DNA from: Chrysomallon squamiferum
Lineage: Eukaryota > Animalia > Mollusca
Length of the DNA stretch: 64,000 nt
Reading direction: 5' to 3'
Assembly: GCA_012295275.1 (NCBI GenBank)
Contig: CM022675.1
Coordinates: 10,540,001-10,604,000, forward strand
Below the pieces are notes generated by a model. It ran no database searches and was not told where the DNA came from. It saw only the letters and a list, made by a program, of their open reading frames with translations. How positions within the stretch are numbered: the stretch's first letter is position 1; each line of letters starts with the position of its first letter. Below are positions 15,842 through 30,967 of the stretch, one piece after another. The translations under genes were made by a program, and so were the position numbers.

Positions 15842-16586
15842 GCAGAATATTCGCAGAAAATTTATTCAGTTGGAAAGTTAATTTTTACATTTCTTTGTCA
15901 AAAAAAAAAAAGGAAAAAAATCATCCTTTATGCATCTCATAAGACTTATCATATTTTTCTCGGATTTTATCATGAACCATATGTACTCTTTAAATGACAA
16001 CAAAGACTTACGTAAACCTTAAACGAATATAATTATACTCATACAAGTAATATTTCTGAACTACTTAGGACAGGGATAGGATCAACGATTGCACGAAGAG
16101 GTCGTTAGTCTAAAACAATTTGTCGACCCTTGACCTATAAATAGTGTTTTTTTTTTGTCGGAATACTAAATTCAAAACAATATAAACAATAACAGAGGTA
16201 GATAACAGACCAAACGTCCGCTATGAATTGAGGTGACGTAAAAATTACGACCATCGTAATGGCGTGCAAACGTACGCAAAATGATTACTTCATATAAATC
16301 TATACTAACTGTCGTAACTTTCCTGCGGTTGATCATTTTCTTACCCCGAACCCGAGCGTTTGACGTTTTAACGAAGCAGGTCAGATCTAAACGTTATTAT
16401 TCGGGGATTATTGTCAGGGGGGATGCTTTACAGACAAGACATTCACAGGACACGACCAGGTCAGCTAGTTTACGACAATTAACTCAAGTAGATGAAATGT
16501 GATAACGTTTGTATATAACCAGTCAAATACAGATCTGTATTTAGTACAGCTGAGAAATAGATGACTGGACACGTGAGACAGAGGTG

Positions 16587-16720
<134 letters not shown>

Positions 16721-18001
16721 CTATATATACATATGAAAAAGAGAAAGAAACGGGGAAACAAAAAGAGACAGAGAAAAGGATTATGTATGTCAAAGAAAGA
16801 CAGAGATAGAGCGATAGTGAGAGAGAAAAAGAAAGACAGACAGAGGCCATGAGTGAGTGAAAGAACAAGAGAAAGAAAACGAGAGAGACAGAAAAGATGA
16901 GCGAGAGATTCTTAACTGATATAAAACACATAACCATTTATTTGTAGACACACATACTACCATAACTGTACAACAAAAAGAAATAAAACATAATTTAGTA
17001 AAAAAAAAAAAAAAAAAAAAAGCATAAGAAAAAAAACAAAAAACAACAACAACAACAAAAAAAATAAAAAAAATAAAAAAAAAAATCTCCCAGACATCTG
17101 TGACAATAAACATTAATAAAATTATCAAGAACAGTATATAAACAAATTTCATTGGTTGACTGAATACATTCTGGGCCAATCGTTTCTATCAAAAGTCGAC
17201 GTTAATATACCTCCCGCCTGTTACCGAACGCCAAATCGTCTGGCCTTCGGAGAACAAAATGTTCAAAGCCTTCTCATTGTGGTAAATAATTGTCGTGTTG
17301 GTCTAACGTTTTAACATTATGTCGATCGTGCTTTGCTTCAATCCCGTGTGTCACTATCGACACTGTACTTATCAATTTACTAGTTCTGCTTGGTCACGCG
17401 CGAACCAAAGAGCAGGAGCCAATTAGAAACGCCAAGACGCGTTAATCGCAAGGGAGTTAACTCGCTCTTTGTTTCCTTGCATAAATGGTTGCGTAATGCT
17501 TACTTAGCCTGTCTCTTTTCGTTTACGTTTCGTTGTGTGAGATACAAGGAGAACACAAAACAGACTGTTGTGTGAAGTGTCAGTGATATGACGTCTAGGG
17601 TGTCTTTTGACAAAAGGTGTGGAAAAAGAAAAAGAAAATCAGTTAGTCAGACGTTTTGTAATGTGGACCGAACGTTGAGCATGCTTGAACAGGAAAACGA
17701 ATTTTTTTTTGAATTTTTTTTTTTTTTAAATTAATACAATAGTACCACCAGTAATAATAGTGAAATTAGTAATAAAAGTATTAAGAACAACAACAATAAA
17801 AGAAACAGTGGTAGTAGCAGTGGCAGTAGTGGTAGTAGTAGAAGTAGCAGTAATGAAACGACCCCATCAGTGAGTAATTTAATCTTGCGAAGGCTCATGT
17901 ACGCCTGGACTGGGACATAACGATGAATCCTATTCATGATGCTTTAAAATGTATTAAAAAGTTATTATCATTATTATTACAACAACAACAACAACAACAA
18001 G

Positions 18002-18032
<31 letters not shown>

Positions 18033-18161
18033 GCTACTAGCACTAGTAGTAGTAGTAGGAGCAGTAACAATGGTAGTAGCAGTAGTAGTAGAAAACTAGG
18101 AAGTAATAATAATAATAATGATAATAATAATAAAAAAAAAAAAAATTTTAATAAACAAAAC

Positions 18162-18221
<60 letters not shown>

Positions 18222-18560
18222 GAACAAAAAAAAAAAAAAAAAAAATAAATAAAAAAAAAAACCCTAAAATCTTCAAATCGTGTTACATTTCTAGAACTGG
18301 GGCGCTCTGTCAATACTGAACACGTGTTTCTTCATGAAGCGTGCCAAGGATTCGCTGATTTCAACTCAAGTCGACACAAGCAAAAACAAATCTGACGTAA
18401 TGAGAAGGATGCTGTCAATGGCACAACTTAACGCTCTGAGTTCCTTACAAGCCAGATTGCTTCCAGATGCAGCCAGAGGCTCGGGGGTTTCACAGACGTG
18501 TTGAGAGAAAAACGTGTCTCAAATTTTTCATTTTGCTTACTAGGAAAAAATTTGTTTTTG

Positions 18561-18610
<50 letters not shown>

Positions 18611-19119
18611 TCGACAGAAAGAAAAATAGAAGAAGGAAATGTCGAAATGAATATATATATATATATAATTAAAATACAAGTAGAGAAAATACAATATGTT
18701 AGAATACTGTGTTTTTGAAAAGGCAGAGTTTTTGAGATGGATACTTCTGGTGGAAAAAAAAATGTTTATGGTATGATGGATGAAATAAACTATAGAGAGA
18801 TGTAAATATTTACTGAAGTAAATGATGTGCTTGTTTTTCTCTCGCTTGCAGTCACCTCTGCCTGTTTCTTAATTTGTTTTTCTCAATCTGTATCTGTCCA
18901 ACACTGCGTCTGTCCATCACTATATCAGCAACTTTGTGATTCTCAGAAGTGTTTTCTTCCCTTTCTGAAATTCTTTTTCTGTTGTTTTTTCATTCTCTCT
19001 TTGTCTCCCCCTCTCTCTGCCCCTTTCCTGTCTTATTCCTCCATTCCGTGTCTCCCTCCCTCTCTCCATCCCATATCTCCCTTTTCCATCTCCTCTCTCA
19101 TTTCCTTCCTTACCTGGAT

Positions 19120-19530
<411 letters not shown>

Positions 19531-20060
19531 CGATATGTTTGTTTTCATTCTATCTCTCTTGTCTCCTTCTTTTTAAAATCACTTCATCTATTTTTTTTAC
19601 TCTTTGAGCTAAGAAACATTTCTAACGGCACTACATTAAAACGAACGATCGAACGAAAACAAACACAGAGATCTGGATCAAATGATAATTTATTTCTTGT
19701 TTTTTTATACAATAAATAGGAATGAAATAGATCGGATGATAAACTATATCTATAGTGCATTATGAAAGACGTAACGATATGGTCGAAGAACAAATTGTAA
19801 CACACATAATTATATAACAAAACAAAAAAAAAGTTAAATGTTTACTTCACGTGTCTTTTTCTTAGAGACCTTTACAAACGGTCAGATTAAATAAAACTGA
19901 AATGATACAAGTTATTCATATGTATGAACGTAGTACAAATAATAATAAATAATACAATAAAAAGTGAAAAAAAAAAAAAATAATTTAAAAACGAACTGAA
20001 AGGTTTATATAATTGTTATGGAAACAAAAAATACGTTTGAAAATGATAATGATGATGATG

Positions 20061-20132
<72 letters not shown>

Positions 20133-20468
20133 TCAATAGCAATAATAACAATAATACAATAATAAATTTCAATAAATAATGCTTATAGTTATTATTATAA
20201 TTATTATTATTGTTATTATTATTATTATTATTATAAATAATTAAATAAAATTAAAATTAATTTAAAAAAAAACAAAATAAAACCACACAAAAAAAACAAC
20301 AAAAAAACAAACAACATCATATAATCAAAATGAACCATCAGGTAACTGTGAACTTGACAGTTAAATTTCCCAAATAGAATATTATTAAATTAGTGTGCAG
20401 GTAAGAGATTTAACATAAAGACACATTAAAAAAGCAAATCCAAAAAATACAAGTTTACAGGTAAACAA

Positions 20469-20558
<90 letters not shown>

Positions 20559-20844
20559 CACCACACACTGACTGAAGTGATAAATACAAGAATGAATATA
20601 CAAACAGATACTTACATTAATATCTATATGGACAAACAATAAAATATTTATCTTTATCTATATATATATATATATATCTATACATACGTTATATATAATT
20701 AATTATGAGCAAATATGCTTACATTTCCTTAGTGCGGAGTGAGTGTACGTGAGTGCGTGCGTGTGTGCACGCATGCGTTATTATTTACACGTATATTTGC
20801 ATTGTACTGTTTTTTTCTTATAGTTTACAATACTTAAATTTGAG

Positions 20845-20888
<44 letters not shown>

Positions 20889-20956
20889 TAAAAATAATGA
20901 TGATGATGATGATGATGATAATAATAATAATAATAATAATAATAGCAATAATAATA

Positions 20957-21014
<58 letters not shown>

Positions 21015-21228
21015 GTTACCAATTTTAATAATAAATGTTAAAACCAGTACTGTTCTTTTCTGACACGTGCATAAATACATACAACAAATAATTATATATA
21101 TATATATATATATATATAAACAAAATCACAGCTTACAAAAAATAAATAATAAAACACAGTGTATGATGTATACCATAGAGAAATATAAATACTGTAACTT
21201 TCACCTCTTTGTATCTACATCTCGCCAG

Positions 21229-21300
<72 letters not shown>

Positions 21301-21393
21301 GCAATAATAATAATAATAATAAAATTTAATAAACAAATTCATGAAAACTAGATTAAATTAAAATAAATAAATAAACAAAATATTAAATTAAAA

Positions 21394-21444
<51 letters not shown>

Positions 21445-22277
21445 AAGCAAAAAGGAAAAAGAACAAAATAAAAAATCAAATTATTAAAATTTTTTAAAAA
21501 TATAAAAGGATGATAATGTATAAACAAATAAAAAAAAAAATAACAATAATAAAAATAAACCAATTTAGAATTTCTTGAAAGTAAATAACAAAAATTCAAA
21601 AAATACGTGCATTTCTTTTGGCGAGGAGTATAACGAAATCACACTGAACGTAACACACAGAGACACGTTACATCTGTTTTTTACATTTACTTCCACAACT
21701 GTTTTTGCCATTTTATTATTTTCTCTCCAAAAGCCCTTTGACATCAACAGGCTATGGCTTTCCAGCGAAAAACTGATCCGCAGGTTTTGAAAAGGGAAAA
21801 AAAAAAAAAAACATAATATCTTTTGAGAGAATTTCAGAAGAACCGCCTCGCTTCATTACCTTGGAATCGAATGCATTCAATATTCGACACTCTAGAAAAA
21901 CACGTTTCGTGAAAGTCCGTGATCCGTTACTTCCTTGTCTGACAACCACGCGTGAAAACAGATTTGCAGTTTTTGCGAACTCAGAGAGTAGTTATCCGTA
22001 GGAAAAAAAAAAAAAAGAAAGATAGAAAACAAAGGAATAAAGCGTTCTAAATCTTGACAGTTACCATAAAATGAAAAACCAAAAAAAAAAAAAAAAAAAA
22101 TAATAATAATAAATAATTTATGAAACTGTTATTTGAACAATAATATATATTATTGAAATTGTATTAATTATTTTTACAATATAAGTAGTAACATTATTTT
22201 CAGAGCAATAAACATTATTATTAAACAGTTAAATTAATAATAATAATAATAATAAAAAAAATAATAATAATAATACC

Positions 22278-22345
<68 letters not shown>

Positions 22346-23904
22346 TAATAAATATTTTATATGACTGAAATAATTCTATTAGTTTAATAATATTTTTTTC
22401 CTTAGTAAAGTATTAAAAATATAATATTTTAATTTCTCACCACCATTAATCTATATATAAATAACTATTCACTTTGAATGAATATTTACACAATGTGCAT
22501 TTGTATATACAGTAATGAGTTTAAATATGAATGAATAGCAGCAAGTTTTAAAATACAGCTATTTTTGTAAAGGACTTTTCAAACGCAGTATTTTCATATT
22601 TGAGTAAAAAGAAGAAACATTTGTATAATTTTAATAAAATTCAGTATTTCATTCTAATGTTATAGAGTCCAGCATAAATTTTTAATTTTTAATTCTTAAT
22701 TTTTATTTTATTTTATATCTGGAATTTTATTGTTAACAATAATGATATTTCTGAAATTTAAAGAAAAGAAGAAAAAATTAGACTATGGTCCCAAAATGCT
22801 TAGGTTTGGAAAGTTCAGTTATTTTGTTTATTTATTTATTTATTTTTTATTTATTTATTTATTTATATATATTTAAAACTAATGATTTATATAATAATAA
22901 ATATTTATTTATTTATACTGAAAAAATTAAGAATTTAAAACTAATAATTTATATAATAATAAATATTATTTATGTATTTATTTATTTATTGTAAACAATT
23001 ATGCATTTAAAACTAATAATTTATATGTATTCCTTAATTTCTTTCTTCTTTCATCAATTTAAATTAATTTAATTTAATTTTATTTAGTTGTCACTACTCT
23101 AGTTTTAATTTTATAATGACATCCAACATACGCTTGCAGAAAAGAAACGCACAAAGTATATTATTTATTCTTCGATTTTATTTTTATAATATTTTATTTT
23201 TTCTTTAAACGAAAAAGTATGTTAATAAGTTAACTGATTGAAAAATGTAATGGAAATTGCTATTTCTCTTGTTGGTGACGTCTGTAACAATAAAAATTAA
23301 AATATAGGAATAAAATTGAAAATTTATAATTTTGGATCGATAGCAACAAAAATTTTAAAATAATTTACTTAAACTGTCATGCCTTTTTTTCTATTTTTGA
23401 AAAACAAACAAAATAATATCTTATATATAGGAAAATTACAGTTTCCATTAATTTGTCTGAAACTTCATTCATAAATTTTGCTATAAACATTTATATATAA
23501 GTGAAGAAAAACAAATATTTTTGAATTATGCAAAACCAAATTAGGACTCCTGAGGAATTTTTTAAACTTTAAATTCATAAATTTATATAAAACACCTATT
23601 AATATTTTCTGTTTAATAAATTATATTTAGTCCAGAAAGTTAATGCCCTATTTCCCATATTTGATGACTAAATATAATTTTTTTCTATTGTTATGCAAAA
23701 ATACTTTTGTGTTGGTGACATAAATTCGGTTTTTGGGTTGTTTTTTCTGAATCAAATTCATCATCACCAAAAAAAAAAAAAAAAAAAAAAAAAAGGAAAA
23801 ACATTCGATACATTTTGATGTTAGCTGTTATATTACTTCCATTAAAATAATTCAGTGGACATTAATTTACTAAAGTCAAATGCGTCATATAATTAACATC
23901 ATGG

Positions 23905-24265
23905 AAATGCGTATGCAATATATTAAATTACTATGATTAAAATACGTCAAGAGATAAACAGTCATACGTCAAAAGATACATTAACTTACTACCTTCAATT
24001 ACGTCGTGATATATATTAAAATACTATCTTCATTTTCGTCATGATATATAATAAAATACTATCATTAAAAATGTCATGAAATATGCTAATATACTGCCAT
24101 CAGTTACATCGCAACATATATTAAATTATTAACATGAATTACGTCATGACACACGAATTAAATAATTATCATAAGTTGCGTCAGGTGATGCATTATTTTA
24201 ATCAATTACGTCACGAGATATGTTATTATCAATTACATCACGAGTTTAATTACGTCACGAAACAC
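23905..24265. repeat. Degenerate 35-bp minisatellite (consensus ~TTACGTCATGATATATATTAAAATACTATCATCAA) 3' of Hox2
   Basis: CGTC/CATC/TGTC cores at exact 35-bp spacing (23967, 24002, 24037, 24072, 24107, 24142), followed by less regular units. Confidence 0.8.
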
Positions 24266-24582
24266 ATGTTGAAAATGTACATCCATCTCCTTTTCACGAA
24301 TTCTGATGTAATAAAATAGTTCATCGGGAATAATTATGTGCAACAACTGCATTTTATTTATAGCAGAACGTCGTACGTGCAGCAAAACACAGTGAGCGAA
24401 CGACGTCATCGGCAACACGTCCGTATCACAGTCCCAGTTCGCTAATGACGTTTCCACACCGCGCTATAAAGTTAACCGAGCGACTAATTTTAGCGCGCCC
24501 ATTAGCCCACTCATGTGTGATGTTGAGAAAGTTCGTTCGCGAAACACCAGGAAACATTACGAGCGAGAAATTCAATTCAATT

Positions 24583-26369
24583 TCATAAATTTACCATCTG
24601 AAAATCCTGGTGATGGGTGGTGTAGTAGTCGTTAAAGGGGTTCTGGGCGTGAGATCCGTATCCAGTTGGCATGTAGTCGCTGAACGAAGTCGCCGACATG
24701 TTGTTGTCTGCGGCGACGTTGCAGTTCTGGACGTAGCCCCCGGCGAAGTTCGACGCGGCTCGGCTGGGTCGATCTCCGCTCGTTTGTTCCACTGGCAGAG
24801 AATAGTTAGGCAGGTAATCACTTTCGTACAGCGAGCTTTCAGCCGGCTGGTCCATTGAGGATATCTGCTGCGGTGGATAGCCTGTCAGTTTCTCCCCGTA
24901 TCCCACGCCGTAATGTTGATTACAGCTTCTATTGTTGTCTGTTTTCGCGTAGAAGTTATTGCCGTAGCAGCCCGAAATAGACTGCTGGCTTCTGGAATTC
25001 TGCGTCGACCTTAACGACGTGTTCGTTTCGTACGCGTAGTTGTAGCCGTCGTTTTTGTAGCAGCTTTGAGCAAAAGTGTTGTCCACGGCTTCTTGGTTGT
25101 AGTAGCAAGGGTATTGAGCAGTTGTCGGTGTTGGTTGCTGTTGCTGTTGCTGTTGTTGCTGTTGTTGTTGTTGTGGTTGTTGTTCGCGATTTTGAGATCT
25201 TGGTTGGGTGTAGTGAGATACGTCAGCGTTTAGAGACATGCCGTGTCTTTGTAAGGAACCGTTGCACTGAACCTCTCTGTAGCCGTCCCCGGAGTAAAGC
25301 TGGCCGTGCTGCGCCGAAGACGTCGTGACAGTTTTGCACTCTGCGACGTCCGCGTTCTGGTAAAAAGTCTGACTGTACACGTCCTTGCCGTAGTGTCCCG
25401 TAACCTGGGGACGCATCATGGCGCACGAGTCCGCGGGCGACGACGTTTTCCTCTGCTGCTGTCCGGAAAGTTCCGCGGCCACCCCGGCCACGTGCACTGG
25501 ATATGACGTCGCCACGGTTTTGTGAACGTCGGCGACACCGTTCGGCGGCGTCGGGTTGGGTCGATTTGACGACGACGGTGTCGTCGACGACGTCAGCTTG
25601 TTGCCGCCGCCGTACGCCGGAGGCACGACTCCGTGGGCTGCGTAGTGCGGCGGCAAGACGTCGGCCGGAACGTCGCTGGACAGCTGCTGCCCGGGAGACC
25701 GCGTTGCCATGGCGACGTGCTTGGCGCTGCACGTGGACAGCGCCGGACTGACCGTGCTTCTGAGGCTGTCGGGAGAACACAGACCGGAGTCCGTGGACGA
25801 CGTCGAGCTGCGGTTTGTTTGAGGACTAGAAGTTTGTCTGCTGACCGCTAGTTTACGATCGCCGTCTACGACAACACCACCAACACCAACACCAACACCA
25901 ACACCAACACCAACGCCAACACCGCCGCCGTTGTCATCGCGAGCGAAGTTTTCGTCGTCCGAGCTAGGCCGCTCCGTCTTGATGACGTTCCTCGACGCCT
26001 CGTTCTCGTCGCCCGGCTTGACGTCACTTCCGGTCGACCCGCCTTCTTCGTCTTCGTTGAATTCCGAACAGGGCGATCCGGTGTCGCCGTCTTTTCCGCT
26101 CAAGAAGCTGAGGTCTGAGTTTCCTTTGTGTCTCTGCGACTGCGTCTGTCGCTTGTACTTCATCCTGCGGTTCTGGAACCACACTTTCACTTGTCGCTCT
26201 GTGAGGTCGAGCGACGCGGCGATCTCAATGCGACGCGGGCGACACAGGTACTTGTTGAAGTGGAACTCCTTTTCCAGTTCCAGCAGCTGGGTGTTGGTGT
26301 AGGCGGTGCGAAGACGTCGCGACGTGCTCGTACTGGGCACGCTGCTGCCGTTTGGAGATTGGTTGAATT
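24583..26369 (-). CDS. Hox2: Hox2/proboscipedia coding exon 2 (homeodomain and long C-terminal region); spliced product 694 aa
   Basis: Acceptor TACTTTCAG|AATTC at 26370/26369. The phase-1 join reads ...[28 protein letters not shown]... in frame with the 585-aa ORF. GC/CpG content is far above the flanks. Stop TGA at 24583-24585. Confidence 0.96.
26143..26322 (-). other. Homeobox, paralogy group 2 (uninterrupted)
   Basis: [60 protein letters not shown] carries the diagnostic Hox2/pb residues ([31 protein letters not shown]). RRIEIAASL is the invertebrate pb-type helix 2. Confidence 0.97.
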
Positions 26370-26486
26370 CTGAAAGTATAAAAAAAAATATTACATTGTA
26401 TTTTGTTAAATGAAATTTAAAAAGTAATGAAAAAAATATAATAATATAAAAATAATGATGATAATAATAATAATTACAATAATAAT

Positions 26487-26558
<72 letters not shown>

Positions 26559-27232
26559 CATATAAAAAAATTATAAATAAAATAAGAAATTAAAAAATAA
26601 ATATAAAATAAAATACAAAACACCAAAACAACAAAAACAACAAATAGCAATAACAACAACAACAGCATTAACAACAACAACAACAACAACAATAATAATA
26701 GTAATAACAAAACTGACATTCCTTCATTATGATCAACACGAATAAATATGAGAAAAAAACCCAAACATTTTATAATCTCTTATTTTCACGAGTGCAGAAT
26801 TCTGTATTTTTTAATCCTTCTTTCCAAAGTATGAATCATGTTGTGCAGTTTCTGTCAGACCGTTCAAAAAAAAAAAAAGCAAAAAGAATAAAAAGTTTTA
26901 TTTGTATTTGACAATCGTTAAAGGGGCTTTGAGCGTGGCATGTAATCGTTATGTTATAAATCCACTTTTATTTGGTGTCATGTTAAGCAAGTAGACAGCG
27001 CAAAGTATTAGTTCCATCCACTGTGGTAGAATTTACGTTTCAGTAAGCTCGTCAAGATTAATTACAGAGACACACACAGTTTGAACAGTTATGATACTTT
27101 TTAAAATACTAATACGAAAATTGAGATTCTGTCTGTGTGATTATGTTGTATAGGTGTATGTGAATGTGTTTATGCGTTTGTATGTGTGTGTATATGTGAA
27201 TCTATGTGTGTATGTATGTATGTGTATGTGTA

Positions 27233-27266
<34 letters not shown>

Positions 27267-27347
27267 ACAAATGTATGTGAAAAAGAAAGAAAACTAGATT
27301 GATAGAAACGAAAAAAAAAGAGGATAAATACAGAGGATAAATACAGA

Positions 27348-27984
<637 letters not shown>

Positions 27985-28624
27985 GGGAGAGGTAGACACA
28001 TACACGTACGACACACACAGGTGTTTAATATGAAATAAAAGGACTCCAACTGGTGGTGAATTCAGTTAAAGACAGTTTAACTGAACCGCGTGAAGCGAAA
28101 ACTCGAAATAGAAACAAGTTCAAAGTGAGGCGGTCTAACACCTGTTTTTCTTTTCACCTTCTTCCGCTCTGCTCAAAGCGGCCAGAAAATTTGAATCACA
28201 TTATGCACGACTAGCTAGCTTTAATACCTTCTTCTTTTTTTTTTTTTTTTTTTTTTTTTTTCTTTTTTTTTTCAAATCGAGCTTGTATGAATATGCGAAG
28301 GGAGTGAAATGAAAATGGGGTTTCATATCAATAGGGGTGTTGGCAAAACATTATTATTTTTTTAATTTAATCCACAGGTATGTTTTAGCAGTCATAAATT
28401 CTAGTCTTTTTTTTCTTTCTTTTTCTTAACTGTTGTGGCTTAATTTTGTATCTATTATTTAAATATCACAGCATCAGCTCACTGTTAGCAATAAAAGGAG
28501 ACATTTTAGCACAGTAATCATTTTTCAAAAATTATACATCAACGACAAATAAGATACAGCAACATCAGCAGCAACACCAAGACTACCAGCATCAGCGAAA
28601 CAACATACAAACCGACATCGTCAT

Positions 28625-28760
28625 CAAAGAGAAAAACCTTTCTTTATGACTAATTTCCTATAGGGTTAGAATTTAGGCCTTGACCTTGTGTTTAGATCGC
28701 TTAGCAGAAATCTCTTTTATGTGTAGCCCTTACCCTGTAGATATGACAATTTGAAGTTAA
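28625..28760 (-). mobile_element. Highly decayed MetaSINE-like relic in the Hox2 intron
   Basis: TTAGCAGAAATCTCTTTTATGTGTAGCCCTTACCCTGTAGATAT aligns to TTAGCAGAAAAGTATCTTTTATATACACCTTCCCACAGATAT at 58.13 kb. Confidence 0.45.
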
Positions 28761-28860
28761 TGATTGTCATCCAGTGACTGACACCGATCTGTTCCAACGT
28801 GATGGGATGGTCTGTTACAATCACGACTTGAATTAATTATAGAACGAGGATATTAAGAGT

Positions 28861-28967
<107 letters not shown>

Positions 28968-29475
28968 TCACTCATGAATTTAAACGGGTGGAAATTTAAC
29001 ACCCCAACACACACAAACACACAAGTATGAACATCGAGCAGGCAGACATCATATACATCTACAGACATTCACGAAATCCATTATTTAAAAAAGTAATAGG
29101 AATGGAAACAAAAATTATTTTAAAAATAGGTACTGGTTATATTATAGGTATTAAAAATAATAAGTAATAAATAAATCATTAAATTTAAAAAATTTAAAAA
29201 AAAAAACCAGTATTTTGACGCCGAACAAACAAAGCATGGTAATTATAAAATAAAGGTTAGGGAAGCAATAAAAATTTTAATGATGAAACCAACTTCAACA
29301 ACAACAAATAAATAAGTAATATAATATAAAATACAGTAAAATTAAATGAAATCAAAAGAAATAGAATAGAATAAAATAAAATAAAAATAACCAGAAAAAG
29401 GCCACAATAATAATAATAATAATAATAAATAATAATAATAATAATAATAATAACAATAACAATAATAACAATAAC

Positions 29476-29535
<60 letters not shown>

Positions 29536-29656
29536 AATACTAATACTACTACTAATAATAATAATAAAAAGAATACATATTTTATTCTGGGTATATACAG
29601 TATACACGAATATATTCTCGGCCAGACAGTATTCACAGTAGCATACGAGTATGTGC

Positions 29657-29696
<40 letters not shown>

Positions 29697-30190
29697 CTGC
29701 CTGCATGTATGTATGTATGCATTATAATACTATAAATTATTCTGAATGCCTTTTAAACCTAAAATTATTGACGTCCCGTCATATTCACTGGCTGAGATTT
29801 GATATATTTAAGACACATTTAGTACAGTGTAGGCGTTCGTATTAGTAATTCTGCAACACGGCATTGTTCGACGCTCTGTCGGTAGACGATTGCTGGTAGC
29901 TTGATCTATTGTAAGTTATTTTGTATCAGCTGCAGAGTAATAGTTGTAAGCCGAGCGGGGAAACACTCATTTTGATGTTACGTGTCAGTGACACCCTTTA
30001 AAGTAGTTCCATGAAATCATCATCAGCGTCTTTCTTTCTTTTTTCTTTTTTGAAAAAAAAAAAAAAAAAAAAAAATTTAAATATTTTTTTTTTAATAGAA
30101 ATCGGGTTATCATTTAAAAATTTGGAAAATATTTTATGTGGTTATGTAAAAGTGTTATTTACAGAGGTGTGTAATATTAATGATTGCATC

Positions 30191-30297
<107 letters not shown>

Positions 30298-30755
30298 ATT
30301 ATGTGTGTTTGTGTGTATTTGTGTCTGTGTTGGTATGGAGCTGTATGTATTATACCAAAAAAAACCAACAGTGCTGTCTTTTAGACCACTGACTTTACGT
30401 CATATTCAGCTGGTAACAGTTACTATATTTAATACATATTAAATAACTTTTAGGCGTTGTGCTATTAATTTGCTCTATACACTTCCGTACGGCTCTCGAC
30501 TGTCAATGTAAATCAGTGTAGATTCATTTTAATTTTAATGTAACATCTGAAATAGATTTGCATGTGTATTTTGAACACTCTAATTTGTATCTAATACATT
30601 TAATGCAACAAATTATAGATATATGTATTTGTAATAAACTCTTAATATTTATATATATATATAGGTCTTATATCTAAAACGTATTATGTAAATGTTTTAT
30701 ACATATATAAATATAAATGTATATGAATTTAATGCCTTTTCTATTTCTAATAATT

Positions 30756-30787
<32 letters not shown>

Positions 30788-30838
30788 GATAGATTGATAG
30801 ATATATATAGATATATATATCTAATATGCACATTTATT

Positions 30839-30892
30839 ATAAACGTGTGAAAAATATACATCAACGGCATTATATATCTATATCTATATCTA

Positions 30893-30967
<75 letters not shown>

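Noticed and set aside
18411-18423. 13-mer GCTGTCAATGGCA shared with 61699-61711
   Set aside because: No extended flanking similarity; compatible with chance or a simple Meis-type word.
23905-24265. CRISPR-like repeat-spacer array
   Set aside because: Eukaryotic context, spacers are homologous to one another, repeats are degenerate, and there are no cas genes; this is a minisatellite.
24353-24358. Hox2 polyadenylation signal
   Set aside because: First AATAAA on the minus strand after the stop, but many others follow in AT-rich DNA, so it cannot be assigned without transcript data.
24591-26373. Overlapping and antisense ORFs within exon 2 (66-185 aa)
   Set aside because: Expected shadows of GC-rich, stop-poor coding DNA, with no recognisable domains.
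28700-28800. Bona fide mir-10 gene
   Set aside because: Antisense to the Hox strand, no full star arm, not at the usual Hox4/Hox5 position, and embedded in a SINE relic. Kept only as a lower-confidence finding.
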